This document shows, piece by piece, positions 54,691 to 64,000 of a DNA stretch of 64,000 nucleotides (its first letter is position 1; each line of letters begins with the position of its first letter). The stretch comes from Octopus sinensis. Its lineage: Eukaryota. The notes beneath the pieces are model-generated. The model had not been told where the DNA came from and did no database searches. It saw only the letters and a list, made by a program, of their open reading frames with translations. The stretch covers positions 73,470,001 to 73,534,000 of the forward strand of contig NC_043004.1 in the NCBI RefSeq assembly GCF_006345805.1, written 5' to 3'. Position numbers and translations under genes: made by a program.

Positions 54691-55109
54691 AAGTTTATGT
54701 ATATATGTATGTATGTATGTATGTATGTGTTGGAGTTTCATTCCGGGTGTCCAATTTCAATGCAAAGTCTGTTCCCTCCACAAAAAAAACTTGCAATCAC
54801 GTGGTGGATTGAAACGGAACATGAACATTTATGCTACACAAGCAGGAAATGGATCCAATGCTGAAATGAGATATACTGTTGCAGTATATGTGATCAGCTC
54901 TTCAAACACCTTTGAGGGCTCAAAAGTAATTTAAGATCTCACGCTAGGAAAGTACTATTATAGTTATAAGAAAATGTCACTCTGGAAGGAGCTACACAGC
55001 CACCATGTATGTATGTATGTATGTATGTATGTATGTATGTATGTATGTATGTATGTATGTATGTATGCATGCATGCATGTATGTATGTATATATGTATAT
55101 GTACATATA

Positions 55110-55488
55110 CACTACCGTCAGAAATTAATTAGCACCCTTGATTTGCTCTTCACTCAAGGTATGTGCTGTCACCTAGTGGCCATATCTCGAACTATTGCTT
55201 TGTTGCGAGTTCACTGTTGCGCAGAACGATGACGTAACTTTGTTTGCAGAGCAGTTTGAGAGTCTACAGCCTTATGATGTTGACATAGCAGTGCAACAAC
55301 AACTTGGAGTGCGGATGCAGACAAATTTCCTTTGTTTAATAGATATAGGTAGCGCCTCGCAAGGACCGAAATCACACCATACTAAGTTTTCTCATCGCGT
55401 AAGACGTTTTGAACAGCTCATATGTTAATTGATTTAACCTATTTAATGTAGAAATTTGAGAAGTGCTAATTAATTTCTGACGCAAGTG
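55110..55488. mobile_element. Tc1-like non-autonomous element (MITE)
   Basis: TIRs CACTACCGTCAGAAATTAATTAGCAC / CACTTGCGTCAGAAATTAATTAGCAC with TA on both flanks. Confidence 0.85.
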
Positions 55489-55744
55489 TATATGTGCGTG
55501 TGTGTGTGTGCGTATGCGTGTGTGTGTATCTTTTGTCATTTAACTTTTACTCGTTTCACACATTAGACTGCGGCCATGCTGGGGCAAATAAGCTTTAACG
55601 TAGAAAATTTAATAATGGAAATATAACGATTCATTTTCACTTCAAAACATTAAGGGATTTATCTCTGTGACATGACTGACACCTCATATCTTTTCCGAGT
55701 TAGACGTTTCATCATACAGCCAAATTGTTAATATTAGTTACGAA

Positions 55745-56047
55745 TGGAGGCGCGTGATCACGGGTTAAGATATTCGTCTCAAGGTTGTGAGTTCGATACT
55801 AAGCGGTGCGTTATGTCCGAAATCACGTCGCTTTATTTCACGTTACTGCAGTCCACTCACCTGTCCAAAATGAGTTGTACCTGTATTTCAAAGGGTCAGC
55901 TTTGTCACATTCTGTGTCACATGGACTCTGTGAACTGATGTTACGTCTGTCTGTGGAGTGCTCAGCCACTTGTACGTTCATTTGAGGAGCATACCTCTCC
56001 GTTTATCGGATCATCTGGAACGCTCGTCGTCGTAACCGACGAAGTGC
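55745..56047 (+). mobile_element. SINE family C, diverged
   Basis: Ends CTCGTCGTCGTAACCGACG as in the other copies. Confidence 0.85.
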
Positions 56048-56919
56048 TATTTTTTTTTTTTATAATTTATTATAATCAAAAGATTATAAGTTAATAACCG
56101 GCTCACGCGAACCGGTGCAAACCGGATCCAGTTGGAACCAGGATATATATTTATGTGCCTAAAGAAAGACAGGCAGACAGACAGACAGACAGACATAAAT
56201 ACACCATTTGTACGTATACTCACACGCATGCGTGCGCATGCTCGCAAATATCTGGGTGAGACTGAAAACAAGTTGGAATTCTGAAACACTGAGTCGTTCT
56301 ATTGATATTAAGGCGATGTGATGCAGAAAACCGAGCTGCACATCTGGGATGAAGCTTTCTTTCTAATTGCCTCCCACTCTTTCTCCCGCCCTTCCTCTCC
56401 CTCTTTTTTTTCTATCGATATATGTATACATGCATTTATACCGTCTTTTCTTGTTTTTCTTCCCCGCTGTCTCAACCCATTAGCCGCCTTGCTCGCTTTC
56501 CATTTCGTTGGGTGACATTATTGATTATGACAAGGAGAACGTTCTTTGCTTTACTTCCCGGCTATTTGAACAGGCGACAAGTTGATCTCTTCGGGCATTC
56601 TAGATGTCAAGCCTGGCGGTACTCTGAGAAAACCAATTCTTATGACTTGGTGTTGCTGTTGTCTTCTTCTTCCTCCTCTTCCAATCAGGACTCACGCCAT
56701 TAGCCACAAAGAATAATCTCTAATTCGAGCCTACTCTAAGCTACTAAAAATGCATGTGGCAACTTGAAGATCCACCCACCACACGCGATAGACTGGCGGT
56801 TGCATGGGCGCGAAAGCTTCGTTGTTATCCTCATTCTGTAAACGGTGGCTTTTAACGGGTGGAGAGCTGAACCATGCTGGGGTACAGAGGATTCGCAATC
56901 TAGATTAGGGTCTGAAAGT

Positions 56920-57143
56920 TTACCTCACCATAGTGGTTCCTCTGATTTGTGGCAGAAGTAAGAAGAAAGCGAGATAAAGTTGCGGTAAAGAGTACAGTGG
57001 AGTTCACCCCCGCCCCCCGCCGGAGCCTTGTGGAGCTTAGGTGTTTTGCTGAATAAACACTCACAATGCCCGGTCTGGGAATCGAAACCGCGTTCTTACG
57101 ATCGCGAGTCCGCTGCCCTAACCACTGGGCCATTGCGCCTCCA
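56920..57143 (-). mobile_element. SINE family D relative
   Basis: GGAGGCGCAATGGCCCAGTGGTTAGGGCAGCGGACTCGC..TTCGATTCCC..CACCTAAGCTCCAC. Confidence 0.8.
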
Positions 57144-57484
57144 CTGTTGCTGTTGTTGTCTGTGATGTTCTTTCAGGTTTTCCAGTTCTTCTGAACGGAA
57201 ATCCGTTAAGTGACTTTTGTTGCTACTTGTATTGCAGCTGGGCTTTCTCTCCTGCACCACCAAACTTGAAGCCCTTTGCTTCGCACTTCTACAGAGCACA
57301 ACTTCGGAGTTATTTTATAATCTTTGGAGCTCATTAGGATATTTATTTCCTCAGGAGCCCCGTACAACAAAAAAATCTTTCAAGATTATTTTAGCGCTGC
57401 TCTTCCACAAAATAACAGCAAAGCAGAACCAAAGTTGTCTCTAGTATCTTTCGCTGAAGCCTAGTATTTAATAGATTTAGCGAT

Positions 57485-57900
57485 AAGGCGGCGAGCTGGC
57501 AGAAATGTTAGCACGCCGGGTGAAATGTTCGGTGGTATTTCGCCTGCCGCTGCGTTCTGAGTTCAAATTCCGCCGAGGTCGACTTTGCCTTTCATCCTTT
57601 CGGGGTCGATTAAATAAGTACCAGTTACGCATTGGGGTCGATGTAATCGACTTAATCCGTTTGTCTGTCCTTTTTTTGTCCCCTCTGTGTTTAGGCCCTT
57701 GTGGGTAGTAAAGAAATAGGTATTTCGCCTGCCGCTGTGTTCTGAGTTCAAATTCCGCCGAGGTCGACTTTGCCGTTCACCCTTTCGGCGTTGATTAAAT
57801 AAGTACCAATTACGCACTGGGTTCGATGTAATCGACTTAGTCCGTTTGTCTGTCCTTGTTTGTCCCCTCTTTGTTTAGCCCCCTGTGAGTAATAAAGAAA
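57485..57900 (+). mobile_element. SINE family B head plus two tandem ~185-bp body-tail2 units
   Basis: Units start GGTATTTCGCCTGCCGCTG at ~57534 and ~57719. Confidence 0.92.
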
Positions 57901-58145
57901 TCGATATATTTGGTGATTAGGTATGTGACAGGTTTGTGACTTACTCGTTCAGCTTGTCGCCTTACCCCCTTGTCCCATTCTTAGTTTTAAATATCATAGA
58001 TTTGGTTCTATGTAATCTACCCAACCCGAAACAGGAAAACTCATTCCACGTATCAACCAGGGCCTCTTCTAATTACTCTTCTGGGGGTACCAGGAACGCT
58101 TTGGAAATGCCAAATATACCACCACCATCTACTTTGCCTTTCTAT

Positions 58146-58370
58146 CGAGCTGGCAGACACGTTAGCGCGCCGGGCGGAATGCTTAGCGGTATTTCGTCTG
58201 TCGTTACGTTCTGAGTTCAAATTCCGCCGAGGTCGACTTTGCCTTTCATCCTTTCGGGGTCGATAAATAAAAGTACCAGTTTCGCACTGGGGTCGATGTA
58301 ATCGACTTAATCCGTTTGTCTGTCCTTGTTTGTCCTCTCTATATTTAGCCCCTTGTGGGCAATAAAGAAA
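58146..58370 (+). mobile_element. SINE family B (tail 2)
   Basis: Near-full copy. Confidence 0.9.
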
Positions 58371-58979
58371 TATATATATATTCAAGCAAGAACACTTTAG
58401 TTCTAGTTATGTAGTACTGCCAATGTTCTTTCATCCAGGGTTTGTCTGCTGCTGGTGAAGTTACCAAACGACGAGGCCAGACATTTTAATATCAGTTTTG
58501 TTGCTGATAATAAAATTTTGAGAATGAATTTCATTGGCAATTTGTGTGTGCGTGTGTGCGCGCGCCTACATCTGCGTTTGCGCGTTGCTATCATTTTGTT
58601 GGTGTTGTTGTGTACTTGGCACCAGAACTGCTTACATAATCTTTTCCTTTTTAAGATGTTTAGATGAGTGAGCCGCGTTGCCATATATTGGGAACGTGAA
58701 GAGAAATAGGAAGAAAAGTTGTCTAAAAACAAACTTCTTTTCTTCTTTGTCTTCACGTCTGGATTCTGTATTTTATTTATTTATTTTTTTTTTTATTTTA
58801 TCTAGTTTCAGCTCACGAGCCGTGGCCATGCTGAGGTACCGCCATTTATGGGCAGATTTTCATGTTATTCACTCTATGAATGCCCAGCAAAATATTTTTT
58901 TCCATGCAGTTTCACTTGCTAATATCCATCATCTTTAGGAGTGATAAGAAAACACTTCGAAACAGGTCGATAGAGCGAA

Positions 58980-59495
58980 TAACGATGATGGTAATAATGA
59001 TGATGATCATGATGAGGTGCCGACGATGACGGTGATGATGTTGATGATAATGGTGAGGATGCTGAGAAACAGAAGGAGTAGGACCACGATCACGATCATG
59101 ATGATGGTCATGGTGGTAACGGTGGTGGTAGAGTGTGTGTGCCGATGAGGAGGATAAAAGTGACAACGATGATGAAGATGAAAATGATGATGAAGATGAA
59201 AATGATGATGATGATGATGATGATAATGATGATGATGATGATAAAGATGATGATGATGATGATAATGATGATGATGATGATGATGATGATGACGACGATG
59301 ACGACGATCATTAGGAGGATGTGCAGCAGGATGAGGATCACGATGAATATGGTGGTGATGGTCGTGGTGGTATGCCTCTGTGCGTGTGTGTGTGTGGGGG
59401 GGGGGTGTATGCGTATGTGTGTGTGTGGTAATGATCAAACGACAGCGATGACAACAACGAAAACGACGACGACAACGACGATGATGATGATGATT
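58980..59495. repeat. Degenerate (GAT)n tract
   Basis: Seen directly. Confidence 0.92.
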
Positions 59496-60211
59496 TACTT
59501 GATTTAAATAAACCTCTAAATACGCTCGAGGAACAGCCGGAGAGGTTCATTAAGCTGTTAAAGAAACTGTAGCTGGGTCTTAGTCAACCAAGAGTACCCA
59601 ATCACGAAGAGCATTTTTTTTCTCCTGCCGTACCTTGCCGAGTGGCGATGGTATTTAAAGACCATTTAGTTGCCCCGTTAGTCCATCTGGGTGTAAGTTA
59701 ATTCGGGTACTGTCAGTGTTTTCTCAACATCGTCTATTTATTGTTTTAAAACACCTCACCTATTATTGAGAGTTATCAATCGGAAGATTGTAAAATAATC
59801 TGCTTTCGAAATCGCCAACTGAGGTCAAGGGTTACGGGCCCTCACAGAAGCTCTTATCAAGTTAGCTGTATGTTTTTTTTAAATGTGTCGATGTAGATAC
59901 GTGTTTATAGGTATGTTTATGTGGATAAATGTATAAGTGTGTGTGTGTGAATGTGTGTGAAAGTGCCCATGTGTGTTTATGTTTGTGCGTGTATGTGTGT
60001 GTATGTGTGTGTGTGTATTTGTCTGTACACTTTCAAGCAAACACAACTCAGTATATGCATGTACACGCATAAAGCAGTCTCACACAAGTACGCATGTATT
60101 CAAATACACACACACATGCATACATATATACACACATATATATACATGTACATAACACTAACCCACTCATATATACACATGCATGCATATACACACATAT
60201 ATATACATACG

Positions 60212-60255
<44 letters not shown>

Positions 60256-60309
60256 ATATATTACACTATACATACATATATATAGATATGCATATATATA
60301 TATACATTT

Positions 60310-60356
<47 letters not shown>

Positions 60357-60420
60357 AATATGTATATATATTTATTACTTATATATATATATATATATTC
60401 ATATACATATAGACACACAC

Positions 60421-60472
<52 letters not shown>

Positions 60473-62220
60473 AGATAACTGCGAACACCCACCCAGTCAA
60501 CAGTATCTAATCTCCGTTGTCAATGAGATCCTATTAGTTTGCACGGCACTTCGTCCCCCTTGCCCCTACACAAACATGCCAGTCTAAAGCATTCCCCCAA
60601 TCCTTAACAAAACCAAACTCAGAACCAAACTGTAAATAAATAAAATGTAGTTTCCTGTGTCCAGTGGTTGAATCACTGAAATGGCACCAATTACTGCCAT
60701 TTGGTAGAAGCTGGTTGGAATAACAGATTCATCCCCGCCGCCATGGTTGCTAGTTGTGTATGTATGAGGTCTGTGTGTTGAGTGTGAACGTGTGTCTTTT
60801 TTGAACGTGCGTGTATATATATATATATACTAAGCATATACACACACGCGCGCGCGCACATACACACATACACACACACAGATGTATAGACAAATAGGTA
60901 TGTACACGCATATGTGTGCGTGTGCGAGTGTATGTGTGTGTAAGTGTGCGTGCGTGTAAGTGCATTCCTGTATGCGTGAATGTATGTGTATAAATGTATA
61001 TATATTCTTTTATTCTTTTATTCGTTTCAGCCATGCAGCTGCGGTCATGCTGGAGCACCACTGTGTATATCAATCTATAACTATCCAGCTGTCAACACAC
61101 ACAAACACACACATACACATATATATATATGCATGCATGTATATATCGATAAACAGGCAGGTGGATAGAGAGAGTGAGTGAGAGAGGGGAGACGAGAGAG
61201 GGGAGACGAGAGAGGGGAGAGGGAAGGGAGAGAGAGAGGGAGAAGTGAATTCTTAGAGAATTTTATTATGGAAAAAAAGAAAGGAAAGGAAAGTTTATCA
61301 AAACATGTAACCGGTTTCAATCCTTAAGGACAAAAAGAAAGCGATTTAATCATGTTATAAAAAAAAGGGAAAATGAATTGAAATAAATTAATCTTTCATT
61401 ATATCAGTTCTGAAAGTTCACATATTTTTCTTACAAATTTCTCTTGGTGCTGGCGGTGGAATTTGAATAGTAGTTCCCATGATCTGTCCCATAGCAGCAT
61501 TCGGTATTTTTTTTTCGCCCAAGTGGTTTTTAACCTTTTATTCACACCATTCTTTTCTTCTTCGATCACTGTTAGAATATTTATTTGATATCTCTTAAAG
61601 ATTATAAATTCTTTTAAACTAAACATAATAAAGTTTGCTTTTATATAATGTTGTGTTTAAAAACAATTGCACTTTAAGAAGAAATATCATTCAATATTTC
61701 TTTGCTACCTTAAAAGATTTATTGCCATGATTTTTATATGTCTTTTCATTCGTTCCGGCAGTTCGAAAGTGAATATGCTAATCCCTATTCTATATTGTCA
61801 ATGGAGAACAACATCTTTCAGATGAATGTCTGTTCGGAGCAGACACTGTTCATTCGTACAAAGGGACTTTGGGACACCCAGTGTTTCGAAATCGTTCTGC
61901 CTCCTCAGCTAATGAGTACCCTATTAATGAAACTGACAAGAGTTTGTGATTCTTGTTTATAACTTCAGCTAACCGATAACGCATCTTCACGTAGCGAAAA
62001 TCAAAGCAAAGATTTACACGGTCATTCATAATATGTTCCGGCTGATTCGAACGTGTATAGGCTAATCGCTGTTTTATCTTGTCAACGGAGAATAACATTT
62101 TAGATAAATATGTCTTTATAACACGTTCCATTCAGGAAACTTTTCACAGTGGGGTTGAAGGTTCCTCTTACCAATCGTCAATATGAGGGTTAGTGAATCG
62201 AGACTTCGAAGTCGCTATCA

Positions 62221-62450
62221 ACCTATTTCTTTACTACCCACAAGGGGCTAAACACAGAGAGGACAAACAAGGACAGACAAATGGATTAAGTTGATTATAT
62301 CGACCCCAGTGCGTAACTGGTACTTATTTAATCGACCCCGAAAGGATGAAAGGCAAAGTCGACCTCGGCGGAATTTGAACTCAGAAGGTAGCGGCAGACG
62401 AAATACTGCTAAACATTTCGCCCGGCGTGCTAACGTTTCTGCCAGCTCAC
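62221..62450 (-). mobile_element. SINE family B (tail 2)
   Basis: Full reverse copy, again followed by GGT. Confidence 0.9.
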
Positions 62451-62582
62451 CGTCTGGATTCGGTATCAACCACTTCACTGTAAAAATGAGCACACACACA
62501 CAGATATGTGCAAACGCACGAAACACTCGGATCTTGAGTTACTTTGCTTCTTCTGCCAAATATTGATAAATATGTGTGTCTG

Positions 62583-62646
<64 letters not shown>

Positions 62647-62705
62647 TGTATGTATGTATGTATGTATGTATGCATGTATGTATGAATATATATATATATA
62701 TATAA

Positions 62706-63050
62706 GAAAATTAAGAGAATGGAGATATAGCGTTTAATAAAAAAAATTGTTATCAGCAAAAGTCAAACATATTCCCTTACAGCAATTTCAATTAAGCCTA
62801 AAGATTAAATAGCAATTATCAAATCATTATATCAGAGGGGTAGAAAAAATATGTACCGTTAGGTTATTATGTACTGTGTTTTCGAAGCATCTCAGCAGAC
62901 TCCACCCTCTGATGAGATTTTGCCTAATATAATGATTAAATAATTGCTATTTCATCTTTATGCTAAATTGAAACAGCTGTAAGAGAATATGTTGGATTTT
63001 TGCAGATAAGAAATTTTTATTAAATACTATATCTCTATTTTCTTATTTTC
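62706..63050. repeat. ~125-bp inverted repeat pair (Penelope-like inverted terminal repeats)
   Basis: 62706-62832 is the imperfect reverse complement of 62927-63050. Confidence 0.85.
62905..62985 (+). ncRNA. Candidate type-I hammerhead ribozyme (canonical core)
   Basis: CCCT-CTGATGA(62909-62915)-GATTTTGC...GCTAAATT-GAAA(62970)-C-AGCT-G-TA-AGAG; predicted cleavage after 62981. Confidence 0.6.
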
Positions 63051-63380
63051 AAATGAATTATTATAAACCATAATTCATATATAGACCTATTATTTTATGA
63101 ATATTATTATTATTCACAACAAATATTAGGTTATGAACCAGTAATTCTTTGGATATTACTATCCCTTAATGAGACTAATTTAGCCTCTAATTGAATTTAT
63201 ATATATATATATTGTTTATTTTGATTATATATATATATTACGGAGATGTACTCGCATAGCAAGTAATTTGATCTGAGATCGTGTGCTGAAACGAAAACAA
63301 TTGCAGCGTGGAAGGTGTTTATAAGCCATTTAAGAAACACACAAAAGCCGTTCGATTCACTTCAACATTTAAGTTTAAAT

Positions 63381-63428
63381 TTGTCAAAATATTTTCGTCG
63401 CTAAAATCCGCGACCTGTTCACTGACAA
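63381..63428 (-). ncRNA. Candidate minimal type-I hammerhead ribozyme with G3:C8 core variant, in a ~200-bp Penelope-like repeat (63240-63440)
   Basis: TTGTCA-GTGAACA-G-GTCGC-ggatttta-GCGAC-GAAA-ATAT-TT-TGACAA: perfect 6-bp stem I, perfect 5-bp stem II, palindromic stem III loop. Confidence 0.6.
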
Positions 63429-63785
63429 AGTCCGTGCTGAGAGGGAGAGAGAGAGAGATAAATAGATATATAGATATACAAATATAATTATGCATACATA
63501 AAAAAACATAGATGCACGTATTTTTATTATTCTTTTATTGTCATTCATTGGACTGCAGTCATGCTGGAACAATAACGTGAAGGGTTTAGATGACCATGTC
63601 TACACTAGTACTTATTTTATTCAGGAATTTACTTTATCGAACTTTATTTACAGGCTTGCTATGTTACAAGACATAAAGTAGCATATATTAGACAACACTG
63701 AAACAGAAAAGCAAATACGTACATACACACAGACACTAACACACACACATACACACACATGACACATGAAGGATTTCTTCTCATA

Positions 63786-63951
63786 GGCGTAGGAGTGGCT
63801 GTGTGGTAAATAGCTTGCTTACAAACCACATGGTTCCGGGTTCAGTCCCACAGCGTGGCATCTTGATCAAGTGTCTACTACTATAGCTTCGGGCCAACCA
63901 AAGCCTTGTGTGTGGATTTGGTAGACGGAAACTGAAAGAAGCCCGTCGTAC
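63786..63951 (+). mobile_element. SINE family A, 5' half
   Basis: Head through GCCCGTCGTA; abuts a reverse family-B tail at 63955-64000. Confidence 0.85.
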
Positions 63952-64000
63952 ATATATTTCTTTACTACCCACAAGGGGCTAAACATAGAGGGGACAAACA

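Noticed and set aside
57534-57900. Regularly spaced direct repeats suggestive of a CRISPR-like array
   Set aside because: Whole-unit tandem SINE duplication without unique spacers, in eukaryotic DNA.
59007-59507. His-rich and Met-rich ORFs (superficially metal-binding or reflectin-like)
   Set aside because: (GAT)n microsatellite; no reflectin motif.
61399-62131. Two short minus-strand ORFs, possibly a Penelope ORF remnant
   Set aside because: No diagnostic RT or GIY-YIG motif could be recognised.

Overview
Repeat-dense, AT-rich eukaryotic genomic DNA. The SINE families and microsatellite load look like a coleoid cephalopod, most likely Octopus; this is inferred from recognition, not from a search. 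The only clear host gene is a netrin on the minus strand. One ~1 kb coding exon (26050-27061) encodes the signal peptide, laminin N-terminal (VI) domain and first laminin-EGF repeat, and ends at a GTAAG donor. A candidate TATA core promoter lies near 28150. No downstream netrin exon was found in the 26 kb to the window start, which includes a 100-N gap. A possible first coding exon of an opposite-strand gene lies at 2256-2296. The rest is transposon debris: four tRNA-derived SINE families, a decayed L1/Tx1-clade LINE lacking its RT, two RLE-type LINE 3' ends inside microsatellites, Tc1/mariner/pogo remnants and MITEs, Helitron/Helentron-like pieces, and Penelope-like terminal repeats. Almost all track ORFs are microsatellite artefacts. 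The most interesting signal is a set of minimal type-I hammerhead ribozyme folds in the Penelope-like repeats. One of them (63381-63428, minus) has perfect helices and a compensatory G3:C8 swap of the canonical C3:G8 core pair. Also notable are a SINE whose tail resembles the local Tx1-like LINE 3' end and forms head-to-tail multimers, and netrin substitutions that A-to-I editing could revert.
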